The translations under genes were made by a program, and so were the position numbers. Of a stretch of 64,000 nucleotides of DNA, positions 51,368 through 64,000 are shown piece by piece. Below the pieces are notes generated by a model, which saw only the letters and a program-made list of their open reading frames with translations, did not search any database and had not been told where the DNA came from. How positions within the stretch are numbered: position 1 is the first letter of the stretch; the number at the start of each line of letters is the position of its first letter. This DNA comes from Lytechinus pictus (lineage: Eukaryota): assembly GCF_037042905.1 (NCBI RefSeq), contig NC_087248.1:1860001-1924000 (forward strand), read 5' to 3'.

Positions 51368-51508
51368 GGGCCCCGTTGCATGCTAGTTACTATTATGGTG
51401 ACTTTGCAATCCAGTGGTAGCACCATGGTAACGATGGTCAACAGCCAATCGAAATCAAGGACTCAATGAAAGTTACTATCGCATGGTAACCTCTACGCAT
51501 CGGGGACC
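51368..51508. mobile_element. Small Harbinger-like MITE
   Basis: GGGCCCCGTTGCAT ... GCATCGGGGACC degenerate inverted ends. Confidence 0.5.
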
Positions 51509-52054
51509 ACGAGTCCTTGAGGGAGATGATTCACAATGCCGAGTTTTGCTTACGCATGTCTACATCACCAAAATACTGTCTGCTTGGACTGATTTGCAAT
51601 GTGAAATATACTGAAATAATGAAATACACCCTAATGATACACCCTAGCAAACACCGTAGTTCTTTTTTAATTTATTATTATTATTATTTTTTTTTTTTTT
51701 TTTGGGGGGGGGCAATATTTGCATTCATCATTTAGCTAAAACCTTTTCCCCTATATATTTTTTTAAAAGAGGCTCTTTGCCCATCTCAGAGTGAAATTTT
51801 TATGTTGTCATACAGCTGACATGAGAGAGTTCGCTTGGAAGATACACCTATTTTCTCATTCTCTCTTTTGACCAGAATTGATATAACGTTTTCGCCCCTA
51901 TACATCGATATGATAAGGCAAGACTATATATATATCAATCATCCCCCGGGAGCATCCCAAAGTAATCGAATGTCCTACGTGTGTTTCCAGTCTTTCTCGA
52001 TACATACAACATTTCACACCAAGAACTAATATCTCCCACATATCTTGCTTTATG

Positions 52055-52775
52055 TTAGTCTGGCTGTTGTGACTGTTTTGCTCTAAACGCTTTGAGATGA
52101 TGGCAAAGATGGGGATTGTGTTTTATACTGAAAACTATAGGATCAATTTTAAACGTCTGATTCAAGAAAAGGATCCCATTTATTTCAAGTAGAGTACGTT
52201 GAAACGAACTAGGATGAGGATCGTCATCAGAAAATCTCCATTTAATATTTACAGGGGGACGACCGACTGGAACTTGACAGGAAACTGTCAGAGTGTCCAT
52301 ATTATTCAGTACTGTCACATGTTGTGGGGAGCATCTAATGGATCCTTCGTTCGGGAAATGGGCCACATCAACCGTCGCAACTTTGGAGTAAAACGTTTGC
52401 CAGTTGTAATTCTGGCCGGTCAAATGGCGTAAAACACAACTTGCAGTGGAGATTCCTCTTCCTTTTAAAAATTGAAAGTTTAGAAGTTTTCTGACAGGTC
52501 TGGTGATCAAAATAGTCTGAGATATGTGTTCGATAGTCCGGTGGATTTAATTGCCATGTCAAAGAATCTTTTCCTATATTTGCTCGAGATATTGTACAAT
52601 TCAACGTAACATCATCGCCTTCATGAATTATCACATCATGTGGTTGTGTTGAGAAGAAAGGTGTGTCATCATGTCTGCATGCTATTGCTGTTGCCCAGCA
52701 GTTAAGAAATGTGTCAAAAATGAGATGCGATACCAAACCAAACCCAAAACAAGACATATTGGACTTGTTGGTCAA
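52055..52775 (-). pseudogene. Frameshifted Ig-domain receptor gene (subfamily B)
   Basis: PFFSTQPHDVIIHEGDDVTLNC..W in one frame and FPNEGSIRC..VSCQVPVGRPPVNIKW in another; both parallel the 462-aa ORF. Confidence 0.8.
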
Positions 52776-53159
52776 CAGTCGTCAGTGAACATGAAGTGTT
52801 AAATGTTTGAGTGGTGTTTGGTATTCATACAATAGCAAGACATGAGATCATGCTATTAAATCGTTAAGTGATTATCTATCATAAAGAGCACTCTCCTTCC
52901 AGTTTTGACATGATGATGATTTCATGATGGTAGTTTCATTCCCCATTTTGATGAAAGAATTATCAATGGTATGATTTCCATATGTCTTATTTGATGCAGA
53001 GTATCCATTTTGACTTGTTAAAGGATTTTCCTGAGATTTAATTCAGACATCCTCAATGACATCTCCCAGTAAATTTCCAGCGATGCTCAATTAGCCTTCA
53101 CATAAAAGTAATTACTCCAGATATTGATCTTGGCCTTACCGAAATGAAATTCAAAATTA

Positions 53160-54180
53160 TTCTCGCTTACTTTCTTCTGTTATGTTTGCAGACGACTCAA
53201 ACATAGTTTTATCTGTCCCAGACTCGAATGTCCCAGAACTACAAATACGGAACTATTAAATATTTCACAAAGGATCAAATCACACAAATTGTCAATCAAT
53301 CTTCCGAAAAACCGAATTGATGTTAATTAGCAATTCTGTTAGTAATCTTCATGGCCACGTTTTAAGGAATTACTATAGGTGAAAACTGATCTTGGAAATT
53401 GTATATTGACAGCATAAGAGAATAATTAATAATTAACAAATTAAAATATCATGTCCCATCTTTAACTCTCTTAAGGTTATATTACTTTTATACAACTCCT
53501 AAGAATGTTCTGTAATCTGATTGGTCCATATCGGATCACATGATATTCAGCGAATTGCACTATTCATGCTATTGCATCCAAAATACACTATCCTGCACTC
53601 TGACGTCAGAGTGCAGGATAGTGTGAGTTCTGGAATTTTCTAGAGTTATCTAGAATTTAGATCAATTATAGTATTTGGGGCAACTCAGTAACATGGGTGA
53701 GGGGGTAAGGTTGTATAAAACAAACAATACGCGCATTCTTGTGCATAGAGGACCTAAATAATGTACATGTATATCCATTGGCTCTTCTCGCACATCGTTC
53801 ATTACTTGGCCCTGCATGCACTCGCTTACGTGCATTATTTGTATACTATCGTCCTCTATCTTACGTTAGTTATCCTTGCTTGGAGAAACGCTTCCAAAAG
53901 TCATCTTGACAGACTTCACTTGCTTCTGAAGAAAATTGTCCGTATTATATAAAAATCCGGTTTTTAGTCTCATACTTCTCCAATTTTATTTGTCAACAAA
54001 ATATTGAAAGTCGACGATCTTTTTTACTTTCAATTAGGACATGACTCAAATGAAATAGCAGATATTTTTTTTTCTTCAAATGTATTTACTAAAAAAACCC
54101 AGCTCCATACACAAAAACGCAACAAGACATTCAGACTCATTTCATATTCCATTGACAAGCACTAAATTCTGGAATTCATT
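53160..54180 (+). mobile_element. Decayed LINE RT fragment, interrupted ~53490-53840
   Basis: MFADDSNIV, KLSINL, ILAWRNASKSHLDRLHLLLKKIVRII, KFWNSL. Confidence 0.7.
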
Positions 54181-54357
54181 ATGACAGCTTAACCATGCCC
54201 GTATTCTGGGGTGGGGGCTTTCGGAGCCCGGGCCCCCCGGGTAGGCGAAAGGGAGGCGCCAAAAAGAGGAAGAAAAGAGAGGGAAAGAAAAGGGGGAGAA
54301 AAAGGAGGGAAAGAAAAAAAAGGGAAAGATAGAGAGAAGGAAAAAAAGAAGAGGGAA

Positions 54358-55050
54358 GGGGGCGCCGACTTGATGTTTTACTTAGGGTCGCCAAATTGAT
54401 GTCCGACATAAGGAGGGGGGGGGGCATCGAATTGATGTTCGACCTAGGGGCACCGAATTGATGTTCGACATAGGGGCGCGAAATTGATGTTTGATTTAGG
54501 GGGCGCCGAATTGTAGTTCTACCTAACAGCATTGATGTTTGACCTCGGGGCGCCGAATTGTTGCTCGACTGAGGGGCGCCGAATTGATTTACGACATGGG
54601 GGGGGGGTAGGGCGCCGAATTTATGTTCAACCGAGGGGTGCGCCGAATCGATGTTCGACCTGGGGGCGCCGAATTGAAGTTCGACATAGGGGCGCCGAAT
54701 CGATGTTCGACATAGGGGCGCCGAATTGATGTTCAACCTAGGGGGGGGCGGATTTATGTTCGACATACGGGCACTAATTTGATGTTTGTCCAGGGGGGCG
54801 TTTCATGAAAGGACTTGTCGGACGTTTTATCCGACAAGTCCCATTTTATCCGACAGTTACCATAGTAACAGTACCTCTCAGCCAATCAACATCAGAGAAA
54901 GATGTCAGATCTGACAACTTGTCGGATGAAAATGTTGATGAAACACTCCCCTGGTGCGCCAAATTCTTATTCGATCTGCGGGGTTCCAATTTGATGTTTG
55001 AACGGGGGGGGGGGGGGGGGCGCTAAATTCATGTTTTACATGGGGGGGGG
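54358..55050. repeat. ~28-bp minisatellite (AGGGGCGCCGAATTGATGTTCGACMT) with an inserted MITE at 54794-54950
   Basis: About 20 units; same unit at 44570-44700; MITE ends GGGGGCGTTTCATGAA / TTGATGAAACACTCCC. Confidence 0.85.
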
Positions 55051-55059
55051 CAAACTCAT

Positions 55060-55990
55060 GCTTCCTCGCATCAAATGCTTATAGTTAGATGCCCATCTTG
55101 TTCATGATTACCAAAAGTGCTTAGAAAATCCCAATTTAATGTCAGAATATCAACAATTTTCATCTCGTGCTTTTTGCTCGCATCAATTGTCTAGATAGAT
55201 ACCCATCCTGTTCAAGGTCCGAAAATGTGCCTATAGAATGACAAGTTTTGAGTCGGAATATCAAAGATTTTCAGTTTGCGCTTCGTACTCGCATCGATTA
55301 ATTAGATGCCTTTCCTATTCATGATTACAGAAAGTGAAAGTGCATAGGATGTCCAGATTTTAAATCATAAAATTAAAAGTTTTACCAGCTCGTGCTTCGC
55401 GCTCGCATCAATCGCTAAGTTAGATGACCACCATGTTCATGATTACCAAAAGTGCTTAGAATGTCAAAAATTTAGGCCAGAATATCAATTTTTTTCAGCT
55501 CTCGCTCAATTGTTAAAATAGATACCCATCTTGTTCATGTTTACAAAAAATGCTTAGAATGTCCAATTTTGGGACGGAAATTAAAAAACTGTCAGCTCGC
55601 GCTTCGCGCTAGCATAAAATGTTGAAATAGATAAGGTGACGATCCTTTTCATGGTTATATAAAGTGCTTAGAATGTCCAACTTTGGGTTGGAATACTAAA
55701 AATTTTAAGCTCGCGCTTCGCGCTCGAATAAAACGATTTGTGAGTTACCCATCCTAATCATGATTACCAATAATGCTTAAAATGTCCAAATTTTAGGTTG
55801 GAATATCAAAATGTTGCAGCTCGGTCTTCGCGCTCGCATCAATTATTTAGATAGAAACCCATGCCTTTAATGGATACAAAAAGTACTTAGAATGTCCAGT
55901 TTTGGGTCGGAAATTCAAAAATTGTCAGCTCGCGCTCACATGAAATGTTGAGATACCCATGCTATTTTTGATTATCATAAGTACATACGG
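55060..55990 (-). repeat. Reverse-orientation GCGAAGC-core ~110-bp array
   Basis: Repeated GCTCGCGCTTCGCGCTCGCAT cores with related spacers. Confidence 0.85.
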
Positions 55991-57270
55991 ATTTTCCAAA
56001 TTTGAGGTCAGAATATGCAAAAGTGCTTAGAATGTCCGATCGGGAAACATATAAATGAAAATATCCCCCCTCTTATTGGAGAGAGCGGGATCCACCCCTG
56101 GTAAAGAAATTACAGCTTCCACACACAAAATTTTAGCAGGGCCTACCACTCTGATGAGAAGTTAAACTAAATTCAAATCGTGCTTAATATTCTATGTTTT
56201 CTGGTCGCATTTAATTCTTTTCAAAAAGTGGTATTACAACATATTCATGGATATTTTTTTCATGAACACATTAAAAAAAGAGTGGTCTTCGATTGTCCTT
56301 TTCACGTTATTATAACTTCACCTATGATTGTCTGGCGGGAAGGGACGCCATTTTACGAAAAGTTCACAGGGGCGCCAAAATTAGGTCGCCCCCCCCCCCT
56401 CGGTGCAAAATCCTGGATACGCGTGAACAGTTACACCAAAGCCTACATAGCTTTAAACATATTCTTTCCAAATACGTTTCATTTCAACATTAATTGACTT
56501 GCATATGTCCCCATCTCTCCCCCCTCTCTCTCTTTCTCCTTCTCTCTTTATTTTTCCCTTTCAGCTAAACTTTTTCATTCATGTCCACTGTTATATTATT
56601 ACAATAATATAGCCTTTTATCTTAATTCCATCGCTCGGTGTGTCTTTTGTATCTATTTTCCGTTACAAATCTTATTTGTTACGTTGTAATTGTCTAATTA
56701 TTTCGTCATTCTTAACAGTTTGGGGCTAATTCTTTATTTTATTTTATGAAAAAAAAAAATCATTATACATTCGTATTTTCAGGGGCCTCAGAAATGCAAT
56801 CCCTGAATTTATTTTAGGTTCCACCGCTTTTGTTTTTCGCAGAACCCTCTTTTTCAACTTATTGTACTAAGTCATTCTTTTCTTTCAAGACATGTTCATC
56901 TTTATATGTAATTCAATTGTTGTTTGTTTATCATACATGCATTATGAATTGAAAAGGAAAACAAGAGTGGAAGAAATAAATTCAAATAAAATCAAATAAA
57001 AAAAATTGAAAAATCATAAAAAAATAAGTAGCATACTTTTGACACTCTAATAACTGGTATTTACCTCAGCTCTCTTAAAGAATATATACATGTACAGGAG
57101 ATTTCCCTAGGGCATGTTGGACAAGAGGTCGTAAAGTGATTGTAACTAACTATTGCAATAATAGTAAGTTTATAAACTTTTAACTTTGAATCAAGAAACA
57201 ATATGTATTGATACATACATTTTTAGTCGTTTTTCTATGTTATTATTATTTAATTTAGCATTTCAACAAC

Positions 57271-57951
57271 AAACAAGTGGAACGCCTCTGGCAGTCTCAC
57301 CTGCATTACGCCATTCGATATAGCAGCAGTGCAGACTTTGAAAACAGCCATTAAATAATTATTCACCAAAGAAAACACTCATATGATAATAAAATACTAT
57401 GTCCAATGGCCCAACATGACCTTTGACCATGATCATGTGACCTAAGACATGTGCAAAACAATCATTCATACTTGATTCCCCTTATGTCTATGTTTCATGA
57501 ACTACATGTGTAGATCCATAAACTTTCTAAGTTATGATGCCAATTCAACTAATTCCCCAACACGGCCAAAGTTAATTGACCCTGAATGACCTTTGACTTT
57601 GGTCATGTGAACAGAAACAAGCACAAGATATTAAGGGATACATGGTTACTCTTATGTCCCAAGTTTCATGAACTAGATTTATAATCTTTAAATTTGTGAT
57701 GACAATTCCACAAATTCCCCCAACATGGTCAACATGGTCAAAGTTTGTTGACCCTAAGTGACATTTGACCTTGGTCATGTGACCTGAAACTCAGGCACCC
57801 GTATATGTTCAAGTTTCATGAACTAGGTTCATATACTTTAGAAGTTATGACAACATTTCAAAAATTTAACCTTGGTTAAGATTTCAATGTTGACGACGCC
57901 GCCGTCGGAAAAGCAGCGCCTATAGTCTCGCTCTATGCAGGCGAGACAAAA
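57271..57951 (-). mobile_element. Non-autonomous Helentron-like element, family 2
   Basis: Reverse copy of 4870-5845 with both ends: AACAAGTGG..GTCTCACCTGCA and TGCAGGCGAGACAAAA. Confidence 0.78.
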
Positions 57952-59825
57952 ACTACAATAGAAGATATTTACAAAATCCAGGTCGGCTGGGAAATAAAGG
58001 GAACAAAATAAGTTACGGTACCTCTCACGCTTTCCGCCCCGATATGGACTTTTTTGGCAACTTACAGTCCACAAGAATACACCAATGCCAAATTTATATG
58101 AAACAATCATAATTTAAATAGAAGCAATATTTTCAAAATTAAGATAGTGTCATTTAGGATTAATAACTATGTGCTTAAAGGAAAAGGAGAGAACAAGGGT
58201 ATTTTCAATTCAATTCAGTCAAAGATGGCCTTTATTGATATCCAAACATAATGCAAATATGACAATCGCAAATGACGAACATTATTCATTATTTATATTT
58301 ATGTTCACATATATATATATTAAACACAATATATACATGTATATACAAATATAATCATAATTGTGAAAATACAATTCGAACGAAAAAAATGAACAATGAA
58401 CAGGTTTTCGTAAAAATTACCTGTTAACATGACAGAGGGGACGTTGCATGTAAAACAGATGATTGATAAAAGATAAAGTCACATTCAAAATAGCCGACTT
58501 GGCATGCTTGTGGAGAGGGGACTGTGACTGGTTGCATAAACTGTGGTACCAAAATGAAAAAAGGGGAAAGTTTCAAATTTTGTTCAGTATGTCAAGTAAC
58601 CATGGTAATTTGCTATTTTAAATCGTTTTGCTCTACTTGACAATGTTGATAAGTGTGTGTATGGCAAAGGTATAAGATCAAGGAACCATGTCTGACAAAT
58701 ATAGATATTTGAAAATATTTTTGTTCAAATTTTCTACACATTGCTAGTCTCCTCTCCTGAAGAGTTGTTAATTCCTTTTTTGGCATTCATTTGTATAATT
58801 ATTTGGTGTAACTATGCCCTAAAATAATCTTACCTAATTACTTTTGCTTGCATTTTGTTTTTAAGAGTATTTCTTTGTTATGCTGTAAGACTACTGCATA
58901 TGACTGAAAATTGGAACCCATTGTTCTAAGAAAAAAATGTTTTTACTTCTGGAAATGAATCATTTGACGATTACATCAAATATATTTTCTACAGCAGTGC
59001 TTTGTGTTGCAAACCTGTTTTTCCTCTGACAGTTCTAAATATTAAATATATTTTATATAATTATATATTATCACCCGTATCAGACATCTGAGCTGGTCAG
59101 TTACAAAACCGTATTTCCCTGTATTTTATTATTATCAGGAAGGGATAGGTATATTGTTTGTATTTTCCTCGGTCTCAATGCGCGTATTGACTTTGCATGC
59201 AGAGACGACGCAAAATATACCTTTGTATTTTCCCTGGTCTCACATCCGGGCCTTTGAGGATGCGAATGAAGTGATACGCTTCATAATGTTCCGCGCACCA
59301 ACGATCTACGTCATAATAAATACAACGCTGGATCTGGGCGCTTGCAAGTACGTCATAATGGTAAAGTGCAGAGCCTAGACACTGATATTTTTATGACACA
59401 ACAGAACTCTATTCTTAAAAGATATCACTGTTATGATTTTTGCTCTAGATATCTGATTTGGATGATAATAAAAATATTGACTTCCCTTCTTTCGGGGAAC
59501 ATCAAATATGTTGCCCTTAAAAGACCCATATTTCCCTCGTCTAAAGACTCGGGCCAATATGATTCTTTTGCTGGCAATATATTTGATGTTCCCCTCAAGA
59601 CCAGTCAATATTATATAATTATTTTACCTCCGACAAAATCTTCTGTTCAACATTTTCAACACTGACGATTACTTTGATATAAAAAAAAAATCTGCTCTTA
59701 ATCATTTATAGGTAAATAAAAACTTAGAGATATATGTTTTTAATAAAACTACTAGTGTTATCATTTCAGTGCCAATAGTATCATTGTCATTATTATCATC
59801 CTGATTACAAAAAAAAACCATCTAC

Positions 59826-60081
59826 NNNNNNNNNNNNNNNNNNNNNNNNNNNNNNNNNNNNNNNNNNNNNNNNNNNNNNNNNNNNNNNNNNNNNNNNNNN
59901 NNNNNNNNNNNNNNNNNNNNNNNNNNNNNNNNNNNNNNNNNNNNNNNNNNNNNNNNNNNNNNNNNNNNNNNNNNNNNNNNNNNNNNNNNNNNNNNNNNNN
60001 NNNNNNNNNNNNNNNNNNNNNNNNNNNNNNNNNNNNNNNNNNNNNNNNNNNNNNNNNNNNNNNNNNNNNNNNNNNNNNNNN
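59826..60081. other. Assembly gap (256 N)
   Basis: Direct reading. Confidence 0.99.
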
Positions 60082-60101
60082 AGAGTTTGGAGTAGTAGAT
60101 G

Positions 60102-60637
60102 CCCGGGGGGGGGGCACTCGACCAAAAAAGTGGTAGGGGTGTGCCGCGGGCGAGACAAAAAACGGGGGCCTTGGAGCGGGCTTATTGTAAAAAGGAGGGT
60201 CCTCTGAACGGGCTTCGGAAAGACAAATGTTTGTAAAAACGGGGGTCCTTGGATCGGATCGCCAGCGTGTGAGTTTGTATGCATCCCTATGGAACGAGCA
60301 TGCTTGCATGATGCAGCTAGCCCGGCGGCACGGCCGCCGAGTGCGCTCGCGCAGAGACGATGGTCGGACAGCGCTCTCGGCCGCTTTTCACCAAAATCGC
60401 AGCTTCAATGCGACCGGAACGGTGTAACGAAAAATATGCGACGCTTTGGAGCGGATTTCTTTCTTCCTTTTTTCTCGATAAGAAGAAAATGCTATGCCTT
60501 GGAACGGCTTTCTTTGTTCTTTTTCTCAATAAGACAAAAATGCTATGCCTTGGATCGGAAATTTGAGTGTAAAAATGGGGGTCCCCTCCGCGGCACATAC
60601 CCATTATGCATTATATACTGAGTGCCCCCCCCCCCGG
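60102..60637. mobile_element. Unclassified GC-rich MITE
   Basis: CCCGGGGGGGGGGCACTC / GAGTGCCCCCCCCCCCGG; AGTAGAT on both flanks. Confidence 0.75.
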
Positions 60638-60832
60638 AGTAGATATATAATCTTCATTACTCTCATTATTGTTCTGATTATTGATTAACCATGTTATCAT
60701 CATTTTTACTATCAGTATTATTACTTTGAAAACACACGCCTTTATATCATTAATAGCATCTGATCATGATCATCATTGTAACCGTCGCGACGGTTACAAT
60801 GACGCGTCGTTTCATCATCATCATTATAAACA

Positions 60833-61843
60833 TCAATTGGATTGTCGGTGTTCATTTACATGATCTATATGTCCATAAGTTGTGGGCTTTTCTACTTCCT
60901 GATTGGAGGGAGATGATAATTCATACATGTTTATAATATTTTGAGTGTCCTCATCATCGACAGGACTCCACCCGCATGTACATCTGACATATTGCTCACA
61001 TATACATAACTTATATCTAAATATTAGCCATAAAATAACAATCAGTAAAGCAATAAGGCACAATACGAAAGTGACAAGTGACAATATATAGAAATTGTTG
61101 TTAAATTTTTCATTAGCTTCCACAGGATTTAATGCTTTGTTATCGGAGGAAGTTGTAGTTTGTAAGTAAAATGTAAAATCATCACATTGTGAAATTTCGT
61201 CAAGCTCTTTTCTCGTACTACTACAACATTGCAGATGCTTTCCTTTTTGTACAAACAATTCTTGGTATAATATTGTATCATTGCTAAATAGATCCGTTTT
61301 AGGTGGAGTGAAATCGCCATTTTGAATACATATCAAATATCCCTGTACATTACCTACTTTTGCAATACATTCTGTAATATCGTAAAGGAATGATTCATTT
61401 GATAATATAAGATCACAATGAGCTTTACCAGGTGGATAATGAACGATTAAACCCACCTCATTCAAGATCGTATAAACTGGTGAACTGGCGTCAGAGACCA
61501 TACAGCGATACATCCCTGCGTCGTATCGAGATACATTAAGTATAGTGAGATATAAGTTACTCCAATCATTGTTATACGTTATTTCTGCTACCTTAAACCG
61601 AGTTCGCTGATCTGGCCTCAGAACAGAGTAGTTAAGATATCCACTTTCATAAAATGCTGTGTTGTTTTGATATTGCAGTTTGAAATTAACATCGTTTGTT
61701 GAGTTATAACTGAAACGGAATTCTGCATTCTCCCTTTCCATTGATATCATTTGTGATTTGCCAAATCGCAATTTAACAAAGAATAACATGAAAATAGAGA
61801 ACAGAAGTGAATATTTAACAGGCATGGTTGCTCGGTTATTCAC
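60833..61843 (-). CDS. Intronless type I membrane protein: Ig (V-like) domain + Cys-rich domain (subfamily A), ~330 aa
   Basis: Signal peptide (probable start MPVKY); LTILNVSRYDAGMYRC; YPPGKAHC..CIQNG..CCS..CDDF; TM ILSLVTFVLCLIALLIVILWLIF; tail MYEL, TYGHI. Confidence 0.88.
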   Translation of the reverse strand: MNNRATMPVKYSLLFSIFMLFFVKLRFGKSQMISMERENAEFRFSYNSTNDVNFKLQYQNNTAFYESGYLNYSVLRPDQRTRFKVAEITYNNDWSNLYLTILNVSRYDAGMYRCMVSDASSPVYTILNEVGLIVHYPPGKAHCDLILSNESFLYDITECIAKVGNVQGYLICIQNGDFTPPKTDLFSNDTILYQELFVQKGKHLQCCSSTRKELDEISQCDDFTFYLQTTTSSDNKALNPVEANEKFNNNFYILSLVTFVLCLIALLIVILWLIFRYKLCICEQYVRCTCGWSPVDDEDTQNIINMYELSSPSNQEVEKPTTYGHIDHVNEHRQSN

Positions 61844-62902
61844 TACTTTTTTTATTTGATAATACTAGACCTTAATAATCTCCTGGGGTATATATTCAGG
61901 TAATAAAGAGTAATCCGTTTTTTAAACGTATGCGTAGTCTCTTCTGTAAAATAAAAATATATTCCTTGCAATATTCAAATGATGAGCGTAACATAAGTGG
62001 TCATCTCAAGTTACAAAAATTCTATTCAGACTTTCCTAAAGATTTAGAGTGTTTCCTTATGCTGATTATTGCCTCAGAAGAATATCAATATACCGTGATA
62101 ATTCCTCACAAAATGCACACAAAACAGTCATAAGTATAAGGACGCCAGTCTTCGAATGCTGCTGCTGATATTATACCGTAACCATTATTTTAGCCGTATA
62201 TAAGCCAAGTCACTGGATTTGAGAAAACCTAGGGACTGCTGCAGAAGCCGACTCGGAACCATCGCTTTGAGGAAAGTAATCTAGAGGAAGAAAACAAATG
62301 AAACGAAACATTATTTCAAAGGGCTATCAATTCAGTATATATTTCATCAAATGAATGTGATAAAAGAGTTGTACCCCGAAAGGGGTAGAATAACTGTGAC
62401 CCCCCTCCCCGATTCGCTTGACTACCCAATATCCATTACAAGAGATATGACACAATGATAATAAAGTCAAACGCGAAAAAACATCCAGCAACTTTGTTAA
62501 TGGTGCACCTACCACATTGTCTGATCAAATTGATATGTCTCCAAACGAAGTTGATGATTGATGCTCTTTTTTAATTCCTCTATAAACTTCCATGCTAAAA
62601 TCGTGTAACCATTATTGTTTTAAATACGATTATTGGGCATACTAGCATTCCTCATATCAAGCATTATACTGTTGATTCAAAATATTGCCAAATGGTGACA
62701 CTTTCAATGTTCCACACAAATGAAATCCGTGAATTCCCGATTCCAACTATGGGGAGTAGTACTTTTAACTGACTGTACCACAAAGTAATTTAATCATTAA
62801 CATCTATAATTTTGACTGCATGACCTGTTCCAACAAGTAGATATGAATATGTATGCACATGATATATTTTAATGACATGTTATGACAATGTGAACTTTAT
62901 AA

Positions 62903-63494
62903 TACCGTGTTTACACGTAATCGGCTTTTGCATCGGCTTTTTCATAGCGTGTAAACGCGATTAACTTGCATCGGCTCGCGGTTCAGAACCGGCAATTTTG
63001 CACCACCAAAGTAGTAGGTTCAGAACCGCGAGCTGATGCAGAATCGGCTTTTTTACTACGTGAAAACAGAAAGCCGATTCTGCATCGGCAATTGGTGCGC
63101 ATTTCATTTACTTTACCATTGTGACGTAATTGTAAGCGCATGGATCCAGCGTTGTCTTTATTATTACGTATATTGTTGTTGTGCGTATCATTTCAGGTTT
63201 TTGTATCGGGGCTCGCGGTTTTGAACCGCGAGCTGTAACAGCGTGTAAACGCAGTGCAAGATAAACCAAAAGCCGATTCTGCATTAGCCTCTTGTCGAGG
63301 CCCTGGCGGCTGCTTCCCGAGCGAAGCGAGGGATTTCCTAATTCGCGAATTAGGCCTGGCGCGGCGCTCTGCTCCGCTCCCTCCCTTGCTTCGCCATGAT
63401 CGCTCGGAAAGCAGCCGACATGGCCTCGACAAGAGGCTAATTCTGCATCGGCTTTTGGTTCTGAACCAAAAGCCGATCAAGTGTAAACACGGTA
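62903..63494. mobile_element. PIF/Harbinger-like MITE
   Basis: TAA|TACCGTGTTTACAC ... GTGTAAACACGGTA|TTA with internal ATCGGCTTTT / AAAAGCCGAT repeats. Confidence 0.8.
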
Positions 63495-64000
63495 TTAGTA
63501 ACGTGACATGTACATTATTTTGTTAAGCTATTAATTGAAAATCCAATTGAGTAGCAGTAGCACGATATATCAACAATAAAGCAATGGACATTGTATCATG
63601 ATTATCAATTTACATAGAAGGTTGGGTGGTTATGTCTAATGATGTTATATTATCATGATCATAATAATTTTGTTAATCGTTAACATATGCCGGACCCCAG
63701 AAAGCAAACAACTATAATGACAGTTTGCATCATGTGATTCAATTTGGGAAACTTCCAATAGACGAAGAGAGAACGAGCGTGTATCCGTCAGAGGAGACTT
63801 ATTTCGGTAGCAGCTTCAAATCCGTAGTCGAAGCAGGTGAGAAACAAAATTGTCATATATCATATACGATCTATTTCATTTCTTTTATTTTGAGCTTATA
63901 CAATGTTATTAAAAGAAAATGAGTTTAAACTACTACATTCGATGCGAGGTACAAAATGAGGTAAGGATGTTAAGATGGAAGAGTGAGTAAAGAACTTTAT

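Noticed and set aside
54179-54766. 195-aa ORF and other ORFs over repeats (1045, 12281, 23935, 36704, 41304, 44325)
   Set aside because: Translations of minisatellites, microsatellites, MITEs or SINEs with no protein motifs.
59761-60309. ORFs spanning the N run
   Set aside because: Artefacts of the assembly gap.

Overview
AT-rich, repeat-dense metazoan DNA, probably a sea urchin or related invertebrate (inferred from repeat types). (1) 3065-16670 (+) carries 15 spliced exons of a glutamate carboxypeptidase II / NAALADase (M28B) gene whose 5' end was not found. The exon with the catalytic W-x-A-E-E motif cannot be found between its neighbours, and the substrate-binding arginine patch is replaced by hydrophobic residues. 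(2) Decayed duplicates of its 3' exons lie at ~27.3 kb and 34.8-48.9 kb. (3) Four intronless Ig-superfamily membrane-protein genes lie on the minus strand (three intact ORFs, one frameshifted), in two subfamilies interleaved with the NAALADase copies. (4) Mobile DNA includes a near-complete PHD-APE-RT LINE, a truncated Gypsy-like LTR/PBS/gag, tRNA-derived SINEs, Helentron-like elements, and Kolobok-, hAT-, CACTA-, Harbinger-, Merlin- and Tc1-like MITEs. The most unusual object is a (TA)n-embedded ~480-bp element with split direct and inverted repeats. It carries a 72-nt tRNA cloverleaf with a TCA (UGA-reading) anticodon and a Pol III terminator, next to an inverted partial copy. There is one 256-N gap.
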